A stretch of DNA of 64,000 bases from Reclinomonas americana ATCC 50394 (taxonomy: Eukaryota). The notes beneath the pieces are model-generated. The model was not told where the DNA came from and made no database searches. It was given only the letters and a program-made list of their open reading frames with translations. This document shows positions 40,389-51,945 of this stretch, piece after piece. A program made the translations under genes and the position numbers. The stretch lies in assembly GCA_048213135.1 (NCBI GenBank), contig PS015222.1:1-64000 (forward strand), read 5' to 3'. Within the stretch, counting starts at the first letter, position 1, and every line of letters starts with the position of its first letter.

Positions 40389-40446
40389 ATGAATGCATGT
40401 TTCCTTGGACAACAGTTAACTAGTTGGCAGGCATTTTCAGTATTAA

Positions 40447-42027
40447 CTACACCTCAAGCTTGAAGCGTGCGACACAGTAGGCTTCGATGTCCATTCCACC
40501 CTCTAATGCCGACACGGATTCCTCGTCGATTTTGAAAAAGGCCTTGAAGAGGCTCCCACCACGACACCGGACCACACGGCCGCCGGTGATTCGATTGAGC
40601 ATGTAAAGGCTCTTCGATCCCGGCATCAGAGAGAAAAACTTCCTGTAGCCCTTGACAGCTGCACCAGAGGCAGGAACCGGATAGATGTGCCACTGTCCCC
40701 AATCCAGAAGGCAGACAGCGATGTGGAGCGGATCGTTGCGGTGGCTGTGAAATCCTGCAGACAGGAACTTCCGCGGTGCTTGACGCCAGAGACGGAGAAA
40801 CAGTGCTGCCTGGGAGCTCTGCTGTCGGCCGTTCTCGAGACAAGACTCCAGGAACATCTCCACCATCGTCGCTGTGACGCGTTGGCTCCCGTAGCCCTTG
40901 TGGTGGAAGGCACCCGTTTCGTCGATAAAGCCTGTTGGTAAACCCGTGACAGCATCGTATACGGTGTAGGGAACCTGGTAGGCCACATAAGACTCTCCAT
41001 GCACTGCGTGGAAGGAGCACACATGATCACAAAACCTTGTGAAGGTGGCAAAACGCCTGCTCCTGTGTTGTCGGTTGGCGTGCGATCCTGACGCTTGGTC
41101 CTCCGCCGGCATTGACCCGACACCAGCAGTCGTCATCGTCCCTCTTGATCATGGATATCAGCGTTGCGCGCTCTGGAATGTGCTGGCCCGTGTGAGTAGT
41201 GAACTCACTCCGCGTCAGCTCGCGGATTATTGCCATCGAGTCTTCCTCCGAATCCTGCACGCATGCAACATCGTCAGCACTCAACAAACACAAGTACACC
41301 ACACGTGAGGAACAGACCTCGTCTTCGGCAGGCGCGCGCCCCGAGCCGGAGCCTCCAGAGCCGGAACCATGGCTGCTGCGATATACGGAACGACTGGAGG
41401 TTGAAGTGGTGGACGACGATTTCGAACTGCGGCTGGATGAGTTGGATGACGGCACATCGCGGCCGGGAGCTGGAGCTGACGCGGCACGATGTCGGAATCT
41501 GAGCACACGTCGTAGTTCAGCACGAGGCCGCAAGTCTCCGGGCAACTGATCGGCAATGCAGTCAGTTCTTTGAGCGCAGCACACTTTTGCCGCACTCGCT
41601 TGCCTGCCATCATATCTCGCAGTGCAGCAAGGCATTCGATGAATAGCCTCGCATCTATGAAACACTGAGACGCTGCTGGTGCACTCTGGAGAGCGAGACG
41701 AACAACGGCGACGACACACCGTAAGGAACGAAACGGATCAGAATGCGCATTGCACTGTAGACGTGCCGCCGAGATGCTTCCTGAGGAGCAACAGAGGTGA
41801 CACAAGGTGCATGGACGTGCTGCAGCTGCCATAGTAACAGCACGCACCACGAGACAGTCGACAGCAAGTCGGTGATGCGTCTGCACACGAGGCATGAGTC
41901 GAAGCACGCCTTCCATGTCGCGTGTCTTGAGCGCCTCCAGGAGCAGTGGGAAGACATCCTCTGGTCCATCGACAGAGCGAGAGTGACCACCCTCTGCGGC
42001 ATCGCTTGACGAGGAGCCACTCGACAT
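40447..42027 (-). CDS. Hypothetical protein with short 5' exons and a long terminal exon
   Basis: Spliced frame from MSSGSSSS.. into the 229-codon ORF ending ..ARFKLEV*. No family recognised. Confidence 0.55.
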
Positions 42028-42099
42028 GCTCCTCTCACGTGCACGGAGAGAGAAAGACTGAGTGAAGCAAATTTCCGAGATATCGATAATCTTCTCGCG

Positions 42100-43829
42100 A
42101 TGCACTCAGGCGGCGCCGTCACCACGTCGCCACACGTGCGACTGGTGCTCATGCTCTCATGCGTGCTCACGGCCAGCGTGGTGATCTTCTGTGCGTACGG
42201 GTGGCACCAGCAGGCGCAAGCATCATCGGCTCCGCGCGCAGGCTCCCTCGTGTTGATCGGCGGTCCCTCGGGCGACTGGGTACGTGCATGCACACAAGTA
42301 CTCTCCTTGTCTGTCCCTCTCTCTCTCTCTCTCACACACACACATGCACGCATTGCGCACATAACAGGACGACCAGCCCTTGATCATCCAACAGATTGTC
42401 GACTTGGCCGGCGGCAAGGGCGCTGCGGTCATTGGCGTGATCACCGCCGCCGACATTGATCCAGTACGTCCACCCCTTCCTCTCCCCTCTCTTGCCCGTG
42501 TGACTCACTGCGCCACACACCAGCCTTCTGCATGGGAGGCCATGCAGGAGATTTTCCTGTCGTATCACCCGGCGGCGGTGCACTGGATTCCCGTCGACAT
42601 GCAGCACCGCGCCAACAACTCCAACCCCGATGTGGTGCACATTGCACAGCAGTGCACTGGCTTCTTCTTCTCCGGCGGCGATCAGATCCGCATTGTGTCG
42701 TCGTTTTACAACACAGACGACAGTGGACAGCGTGTGGTGTCGCCGGTGCTGCAGGCCATCATGGACCGGTTCCAGCAGGCTGGCGCCGTGATCTCTGGCA
42801 GCTCCGCCGGCACCGCTGTGCAGACGGCCAAGGTGATGGTGGAGGGCGGCTACTCGTGGGATGCGCTGCTGGACGGAGCGGAAGTGTACGGGAAGCAAAC
42901 GCATCCCTACACGGTGGTGTATGTGCCGGAGGGTGGCATTCCGTCGTTCCCGTGGGGCCTGCTCGACACGCACGTGGCACCGCGAGGCCGTCAAGGTGAA
43001 GCGCGTGTCGTGGCGATGTGGCTGAGGAGAAAAGATTCACACAAATTGCTGCGCCACAGGTCGCCTCCTGCGCCTGGCATGGGACACACGATACTTGCCG
43101 CGTGGCTCGCAGTTTGCAGTGGGCATGGACGAGGACACGGCGCTGGTGATTGTTGGAGTGAATTCGCCGGATCCAGTGGGTGTCGTGGTCGGTGCCGGTG
43201 GCGGCATCTTCATCAACATCACGGCCGCCGCCGAGCGCTCCAACCCGCGCGGCTTCGCCCTCGACAATGCCTCCATGACGTACCTCACGCAAGATGACCG
43301 AATCCATCTGAAGACGGGCGTAGTCGAGTTTGCGCCGTGGAAGGTGCGTGTGTGATTTTTGCGTTGTTTACTTAATGTGCTCACGATCGTCGCAGTCGCC
43401 ACTGTTGGGACGCGAACGCCACATTCGCGCGCTGACGTGAGTCTTGCGTCGTACATGCATGCCTGCCTATCACGTCTTCCAACTCAATTCATCCAGGTCG
43501 GCCAACATTTTCAACTCGCCCGACGGTCCCGACGACGCGCAACACGAATTCGTCGCCGTGTCCACGAGTCTGGTCGACGCCCGCGACGACTCGTTCCGTT
43601 CTCCTCTCGCATGTCGCACAGCTCGTCGAGTACCTCACGTGTACAACACGCACGCACGCACAGATTTACAAGCGCCTTCACGTTCGAGACGGACCCCGTG
43701 CAATTCAGGGTCACGCTGACCAAGGTGCCCGGCCGGACAGCCGGGTACGCCGGAACAAATCCCTACACGAACAAGGACTCGATCTCGTATGTCAACATGA
43801 GAGTCGACATTGCACCGGCGTCAACGTAG
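42100..43829 (+). CDS. Cyanophycinase-like serine peptidase (S51) with an N-terminal signal/anchor
   Basis: GSLVLIGG, FFFSGGDQIRI, GSSAG (Ser), LDTH (His), RGRQGRLLRL, GMDEDTAL (Glu), plus a hydrophobic N-terminal helix. Confidence 0.85.
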
Positions 43830-43889
43830 TGAACGAGTTGTCCTCTGAATAGTTTGTATTTGTGCTCGTGAGAGAGAACAGAGAAAACC

Positions 43890-44861
43890 ATGCAACACCA
43901 GGAATCGACTTTGCGATCAGAGCCGGCGATCCTCGCCTCTTCCTCGCCACTCTTCTGGGAGGTCAAGTCCGCGCTGGAGAAGCGTTTCCGCGTGGTGCGA
44001 GGTGCGTTGCATGATGGAGATTGGTCGACTGGTCGGAACAACCCGCAACTTCAATTCGTGCAGTGTCGGAGACCATTCGCGACGCACACTTGATTCTGCC
44101 GACACATGGGCTCGGTTTGTGCTTGGTGGACCTGGCGCAGGTGCGTCGAGTGGTGATGGTGGAGGACGAAAGCGTTGACGACAGCAATATGGAAGAGGTA
44201 TTGCTGACATGGCGAAGTGGTTGACATGGTGGTGTGCTCACTGAGATGGCGCGCACAGCGGCTCGACAGTGTGCTGCCACTGCACACCATTCAACAGAGT
44301 GTTCGAGTTTTCGCACGCCCTGTGCTTCTCATAGGTATAAATGCGTTCGCGGTGTTCGAAGTTGTTCACTTCGCCCACCAATTTCCGTAGTGAACCACAC
44401 GCGCGGAGGCGACGGTCCCTCGGCAGTAACGCCAGCTGCTGTGCAAGAGCGGTACGTTCTCCTGCCCAGCAATACACAGCACTACGATATTCTTCACACG
44501 ACTGTTGCGCAGTGTCGAAACCTTCCTCAACAGCACGAGCGATGATTCTGACGCGCCACGACGACCACTCCCGGTCATCGCCATTGGCAACTGGCGCGCT
44601 CTGGATGCTGCTCTCGATGCGCTACTGGTGCCCGACGCATCCACACTGGCCATCAGCGGCAACGCAGACATCGAGAAGCGAGTCGAAGAGGTAAATCCGA
44701 CGGGCCACTGTCTCATTTTTCGTCAGCCACACGCTGACCCATCATCTTGGCAGGAGTCACTGGCGGCCTTTCGGCGCTTCATCCGGCACGAGTGCGGTAC
44801 TGCCGTGTCCACCTTTGCCGACGGACTTGCGGTGGTGGAGCAGCACGCAGGCAGTGGATAG
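43890..44861 (+). CDS. Hypothetical protein, weakly SPO16/SCRE (XPF-ERCC1-like)
   Basis: The N-terminal exons ILASSSPLFWEVKSALEKRFRV-VSETIRDAHLILPTHGLGLCLVD resemble, from memory, C1orf146/SPO16. The middle exon structure is ambiguous. Confidence 0.35.
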
Positions 44862-44867
44862 GCAAGA

Positions 44868-47030
44868 TCAATCTCCTTCTTGCTCCTCCTCGTCATCTTG
44901 CATGGCGTAGCTGCTGTCAGCCTGTGTCAGCTTCGGAAAGTGAGTGAAGATGAATGCACATTACTCAAGTGGGCGGCTGACCTGCAGCTGGCTGTGACGG
45001 CGCTCGAGCTGCGTTGCAAACACTGCGTCGATGGCTTGCAGATCGTCGTCCGTCAGCGCACCTGCGTGTGATCGGAAGTGAGAACCACTGAGGCGAGCAC
45101 AACGAGCCTGTGTGTGTGCGCAAACCAAATTCGAGCGAAATCGTGTCGGGCTGACGGACAACGTACTCTGGCGGCAGCAGGCCCGGCGGGATCAACACCG
45201 GTGCTGTCACGCCGTAATCAGCAAAACAAGCACACTCTTTCTCGTGAAGAAAACACAAGCAGCACCTGAACTGAATCCGTGACAGTCGGGGTCCCAGCAG
45301 CGCTGCACAACGTGTCCGCGACTGAAGCCACAATGCTTGTTGAGCGCACATCGAATAGGGTACAACGAATAAATGCCACGCAACCCCAAGTCACACACGA
45401 GATACACGCCGTTGCTCCTGTGCTCGCGACCAACATTGCGGCAGTAACGCGAGCCGGCGACTGCCAGCGTCAGCGTCCGTGTGCTCGGCGACAGCTGCCA
45501 CGACCGAAACGAGACCTGGAGAGAGAGAGAGGGAGGCAAAGGGTGAGCGCTCCTGTTAAAGATCATTGGATGACAACCTTCCTCCGCATCTCACCGAGCG
45601 ACCTCCGGCCACCGGCACCACCATGGTCTGCATCACGTACTCGTCAAGTCGCGGAAAGGGCGACACAGACTCCACACCCGACTGTGCTCCTGTGGACTCG
45701 GCGGCAAATGCCGAGCCCCACACGAAGCGCGAGAGGAGACCAGGCGGCAGTGCACTGGTGAACTTCTCTGCGTCTTCGCGCAACGTTGACTCGGGCAGCT
45801 CGAGGAGGCGCCATGAGCGACGATGCGCACGCGGAAAATAGGTGACCAGTGAGGCGGCAAAGTACTCGGCATCGTGCTCCATCGCCAAGTACGGCTCCTC
45901 GTCGCGAATGGCCGACATGTCGTATGCGCAGTCGTCGGCGCGACACAGCTGTGATTGTTCTTCAAGATCAGCAAAGCCGTCTGTGATTGCCAACACGGTG
46001 GTGCGCCGCGCAACTGTCGCCGCGTGCCCATACTTGCTCGATCCCCACACCCGAAAGTTGCGGTTGCGCGTGTACACTGCGGCATCGACAATCCACTGCA
46101 TGCCGTGCTGCAACAGCGATCGCTGCGTCTCCGGCACTCGACGAAGCAGCGCCGTCACAAAGCGACCGACTGTGCGCGCGAGTGTTCAGTCAACACTGAG
46201 GAGAGCAGCACAGGGCCGAAGCGCGCGCACCATGCACGTTGGACGCAAACGCCACGCCAGGCACGCGAAAGATCAGGTGGCGAGAGAACTTTTCCGGCGT
46301 CGACGAGTCCAACACAATGACATGCGAGCTGCGAAGCGCCCGAGTGACGACAGCGAACACAAACAAGAGGATCGTGCGCGTGCGTACCGAGAACACTCCA
46401 CAGCAAACAGATCAGCAAACGCTCGGATGGCGGCCTCCACCAGCACCTCGCACACGCGTCGCGAATGACCCGCGTCCAGCCACTCGGCACTGCTTTTCCA
46501 TCAGTCGCCGTCGCCGATCAAAACAGCACAGCAGCAGCACTTGACGCAACGGCGCAGAGTCTCGCATGTACTCGGCATCAATGTACAAGCAGCACGGCAT
46601 CCCCTCGCGAATGATCTCGTAGAAATGGCGCCGCGACTGTGCGCCAACATGCTGCGATGAGAAGGAGACTGCCGTGCATGAGATCTGAGACAAGTCGTCG
46701 CACCACTGGAATGCTCTTGTATCGGAACCACAGATCCACCACCGTGGTGACCAGGAAGCGCCTGCATGCGGTGATGAGAAGCCCTGCCTGCATGCATGCA
46801 TGCAACACAGCGATCTTCATACCTCACGCCATCCTCATCGCCATCCTCATACGTGAAATACAAGCACTGCGCTGCATGCTCGTCGGCATACTCAAACGCC
46901 TCCTTTTGTGTGCCAAACTCCTGCCACAGTCGCCTGCACGAGCGTGAGAGGATTTGTGTAAGGTTCTTCATCTCGACACACACAGCTCACCGCTTGGCAT
47001 GATACGCCGCTCGTCGCTGGTCAAGAGTCA
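44868..47030 (-). CDS. PRIMPOL: PrimPol (AEP primase-polymerase, CCDC111-like); 5' end uncertain
   Basis: HFYEII, LYIDAE (DxE), KFSRHLI (SxH), VDAAVYTRNRNFR..SSKYG, and the Zn finger RYCRNVGREHRSN...QRCWDPDC. Confidence 0.93.
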
Positions 47031-47138
47031 CACGCAGCACATGCGACATCGACCTCTGTCTGTCTGTGCGTCAAGTGCGACTCTGGTGTCCTCCGTTGAC
47101 CCGCGCGGAACATCTTATCATTTTCTTGACAACAAAGA

Positions 47139-48323
47139 ATGTCGCGCCAGAGCACCTCGCTTCTCTTCCTCGCGCTCGCCTGCATGTTTGCACTGGTGTT
47201 CACCAGCACTTTGCTGGTGGAGCAGGCGGCTGCGGGTGAGCTCGAGCATGCGCTGGCCTTGGGCGACCCCGACGCGCCTGTGTGGCCTGCGTTTTTCCAG
47301 ATTGGTGAGCGAGTGTGTCTCCGTGTGTGAGTGTGTGCGTGCGTGTGTCTCACTTGGCTCCTCCACCCACCGCAGACTTTAGCGAGACCACCAAGATCAT
47401 TGGTGGCAGTCACACGACGACAGGAACGTGGTGGTATGATGCGGTGAGTGCATTGTGTGCCTCCCCCGGAGTCTCGCTGTCTGTCTTCTCAAGTTCTCTT
47501 TTGGTGGGCATTAGGTGCACAACTACACGCGCATTGACCGCGCCAATGGCCGTCACGACCGCTGTTGCGTTTCCTCTCCTCTTTCTTTGTTGGTGCTTCA
47601 CGTGAGCTGATGCAGCAACAACACAGATTGCGGCAGCATTCACCCGTTGCGCCTGCTCTGCCTTTTTCTCTCTCTCACACTCACTCCTCCGTGCGTCTCT
47701 CACTTGCGCGGCGACACAGGCTCACCAACACGAATTGCACGCACCTGGTGGTCGCCGGCATGCGATATCTCGTGTTCCCCGAGCTCAAGTCGTGCTGCGC
47801 GTGCTGCAACGATGCCAAGGGCTGCGGTACCATTCGCCGCGACTGGCTCCATGGTGCACAGTACCTCGGAACGCAGCAGATTGGCGGCTACATGACCAAC
47901 AAGTGGAACCAGAAGGTCTGCGCAAGACATTGTGAGGGAACAGGGGGCCTTGCAGGCGCTGATTGTCGACCGTGCAGGGTCTGCAAGACAACTTTTACTA
48001 TGCCACCGTGGACTCGAACGTGCCGGTGGAGTTGCGTGTGGTCAAACAGGTCGAGGGTATACTCTGCAATTGCAGCTGAACGTCGCACCATTGTATGCAG
48101 GCTCGACATGGCGCCGAATGACCTGTTTGAGTTCAACCCGCAGACGTTGCGCATACACGGCGGTCTCCTGTTCCTCCGCCTTCTCTCCCTGCTGCTAGCT
48201 GACACTGGCCTCTGCAAACACAGGTACAAGACCGACCCGATCAATGGCAGCATCTTTGCGCTTCCGTCGTACTGCTCCGCGTCGGCCTCATGCCCGACGC
48301 TCTCCGTGTGCACCGTGGCCTGA
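47139..48323 (+). CDS. Secreted Cys-rich protein, ependymin-related/LolA-fold-like
   Basis: Signal peptide, then PVWP..F, GTWWYD, RIDRANGRHDRYCGS (built with a 19-nt microexon), CCACC...GCG....DWL..AQYLG, C-terminal IFALPSYC. Confidence 0.6.
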
Positions 48324-48419
48324 GCCTGCTTTCCACACGCACGCGCAGACAGACAGACAGCGGAACACCTGTCGACGTCCAGTCCTGCACGAGTAAAAAA
48401 CGCACTTTTGTTGCTCATT

Positions 48420-49461
48420 ATGTTTCTCGTGGACGAAGAGGCACTGTTAAAGGCATTGGTGCTGACGGTGCTCCTCGCCAGCCTGCTCGCCATGTGCGCC
48501 GCACTGGGGTTCCTTCTGCGTCGCGTGCTGAGCTCACGAGCAGCTCGCATTCTCTCTGCTGCCTGCGCAAACGGTGAGCAACTAACTCACAGTCACTTGC
48601 ATGTGCTGCATGTGCATTCATTCTCTCTCTCTCTATGTGTGTGTGCATCGTAGTGTCGTCGCCACATGCACTGCTGGTGATTGCGCACCCCGACGACGAG
48701 TCCATGTTCTTTGCGCCCACTCTGGCCACTCTGCGGGAGTCTGTGGGCGCTCGACTCAGTGTCTTGTGCCTGTCTAATGGCAACGCCGAGGGCCTCGGAC
48801 AGCGTCGCGAGGAGGAGTTGTATCGCGCATGCCATGTGCTCGGTGTCAAACGCGACGATGTGACCATTGTGCGCCACGAGGAGCTACAGGACTCGATGCG
48901 TGCCATATGGCCCGTGAACACCGTGGTCAGTGGGAGGGAGAGCGCAGTAGACTTCATTGTTGCTTCTTCACTCATTGTGCAATGGAGGAGAGCAGGCGGA
49001 TGTGGTGGCAGAGCATGCGCGTGGGTCGGCGTTCCAGTGGGTGGTGACGTTTGACGAGCGTGGCGTGAGCGGCCACCCGAACCACATTGCAGTGTCGCGT
49101 GGAGTGGTCGCGGCGTTTCGACGCGGTCAGCTGCGACCGGCGCAAGTGTGGCTCCTCGACAGTGGTTCATGGTTGCGCAAGTACACGGGCTTCTTCGAGC
49201 TGCTGCGCTCCGGTGTGGCCGCTGTCATGTTTGGCAGTGGAACGTATGTGCGCGGTGGATCGTGGCGTCGTGCGGCGGCCTCGCGCAAAAAGAGCGACGA
49301 TGACGTTGACGACGACGGTGACGGCGGCGACGACAGCGGCAGTGATCATCGCAAAGGTCAGGCGGTCGTACCCGCTGCTAATGCTGGTGGTGGTGGCGAC
49401 GGTGTGCACGAGGAGCTGGTGCACGAGATGGTGTCGCTTCCCGGGTCGGGGACCGAGGCGG
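48420..49461 (+). CDS. PIGL: GlcNAc-phosphatidylinositol de-N-acetylase (GPI biosynthesis); 3' end in a gap
   Basis: N-terminal transmembrane helix, LLVIAHPDDESMFFAPT, LCLSNGNAEGLG.RR.EL, TFDERGVSGHPNH, LRKY. Confidence 0.92.
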
Positions 49462-49718
49462 NNNNNNNNNNNNNNNNNNNNNNNNNNNNNNNNNNNNNNN
49501 NNNNNNNNNNNNNNNNNNNNNNNNNNNNNNNNNNNNNNNNNNNNNNNNNNNNNNNNNNNNNNNNNNNNNNNNNNNNNNNNNNNNNNNNNNNNNNNNNNNN
49601 NNNNNNNNNNNNNNNNNNNNNNNNNNNNNNNNNNNNNNNNNNNNNNNNNNNNNNNNNNNNNNNNNNNNNNNNNNNNNNNNNNNNNNTATATAACAAGGAA
49701 GGAGAAGGAGAGGGGGAA

Positions 49719-51820
49719 TTATACAGAGATGAAGACCTTGACACGCTGGCGAATGGGTGTGCGGCAAATAGGGCACGGTGTGACCTGTCGTGCACAGCCC
49801 TCGCAGCACCTGTGGCGCCACAGAATCGGTGAGTGAAAGCGGTGAATTAACGCACGACAAGGCACGGTGACGCACACGACATGTCCGCACGGCACAAAGC
49901 ATATGCACCGACTCTCCGCCAGGCACACCACACAGCTGCGCGCGCGCATGCAAATTCCAGAGTCAAACACACCCATAATATCGAGGACACGACTGCCACG
50001 GCCTAGTACGCAACATGCTGTCCTTCTCCTTCTCCTTGGCCTTCTTGGCTTCCTCGTCGCGCTCCACCGCCAACTCGTCGACCTTGTGACGCAATGCCTC
50101 CAGCTCGAGTCGCAGCATGCGTTCCTCTTCTGTTTTCCGCAGTCGCTTCCGCGCATCGCTCTCCACCTCGCCCTCGGGTGTCGGCGCAAACGCCGACTCG
50201 CCGGGCGCCAGTGGCAACCGCAGAATCTCCCTGCCGGCCACGTACTTGCAGCGGAAGCGCAGCGTGCGCTTCGGCTCCCGCGGATCCGGCGTCCTCACTT
50301 CGGCGTCGCCCTCCTCCTTGTCGTTGACAAAGCCGCCGCGGTAGTGCGTCTGGTTCGGGTAGTGCAGCAAGCCAAACACGCGCTTCCCGCTGTTCCACTC
50401 GCCCTCAAAACACGCTCCATTCGGGTACTCCATTTTTCCTGCATGTCGGTCAATATCGGCAGGGTGATGCACGGTAGGGAATCGTGCGCCTGCTCACACA
50501 CACACGCACCGTATCCGTGCGCTTTGGAGGCCTTCCACTCGCCAACATACACACGACCGTCGGCCCACTGCACAACTCGTCGGTGAGCAGATGCTACACA
50601 GAGATACATCTTCTTCATGCCTGCCACGCACCGTCATTGTGCCCTCGCCCTCCATGGTGTCCTCCACGAACTCGCCGTCGTACTCCGACACCCCGTCGGC
50701 CAGCGTGAGCACACCTTGCCCGTGGCACCGATTGTTCTTCCACTCGCCGACATATCTGCCGCACGCATCGCACAGTGAGACACTGCATCACCAGCTGCCG
50801 CGACGGATGACGCGGTGACGGACAGACCTTCTTCCGTCGTGCCACCACTTGGTCTGCGCGGAGTGAGAGAGCGAGAAATAAGGATCAATAAACCGACCGA
50901 TATAGGAGGAATACAGGAGATGAAGAACGAGGAGAAGGGGAAGGAGTGGAGTGAAGTGGGAGGAGCAGGTGGTGGTCGGTTGGCAATAATCAATCAAGTG
51001 ACAGGTGGCGGCCAGGCATTCACAGGGTGGTTGAAACGGGGCGCACATGGGCGAAAAACGCCCATCAATTCACGCCAAATGAGTGTGCGCATAAAAAGGC
51101 AACGCCGATGACGGCACGACGACAAGGCGGCGAAAGGCCGACAGATCACAGGAGGAGGGTAAAGAGAGGAAGGCAGAGAGGAAGAAAGGAATCAAGTGTC
51201 ATGATCGAACACGCACCCCTTGTCCCTCCATGCGATCCTCGACAAAGGAGCCTTCGTACACTCCATCGCTGCTTGCAAATCGCCTGTGAACACAGACAGA
51301 CAGTGAACAAACAGGGACCTCTCTCCCTCGGAAGACGATGATGACAGGTCATCAATCGTCAGTCGCGCATTCGGTTGACTGAGAGAACGAGTGCCACATA
51401 ACACAGGCAGAGAAACAGCGTCTTCCTCAATGGCCTCTCGCTTACAGTGTATACCGCTGCTGCGTATATCGCGCACACAAGACAAAGAAAAAGTGGGGCG
51501 GCACTCACCCTCGACCGTGGCATTTCTGCGGGAGAACAGAGAGCAAGATGAGTATGAGTGAGAGAGTGAGTGAATGGGACGTTTCGCAAAAGCGTGATTG
51601 GTGACGCAACGTTGTTGCAAAAGTCGCCGCTGTACTGCCTGGTGTGACACGCAGACACACACAAAGAGAGAGACACACACACACACAAAGAGAGAAGAGT
51701 CGTGAGGGGACGCGGAGACAGAGCACGTGAGCAAAAATCGCGACTGAACCTCCCGTCTGGCCACGTGCACGTTCCCACTCCGTGTGGCACACCCCGTTCG
51801 TTGCGTTGCCCGCTGTACAT
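49719..51820 (-). CDS. MORN-repeat protein with a coiled coil and a C-terminal C3HC4 RING
   Basis: Multiple YxGxW/F..HGxG repeats and CVVC...PCGH.CCEGC...CPICR. Confidence 0.85.
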
Positions 51821-51945
51821 GTTGCTTCTCTGTCTCCGTCGGCTGCGATTCTTCTCTCGCACGACAACACAATTCGCGACAAACTGTCCGTTTCGCTCGC
51901 GGCCTCATTGTACCCGCCGAGTGAGGGTGCTTCGTTGTGTGTGTG

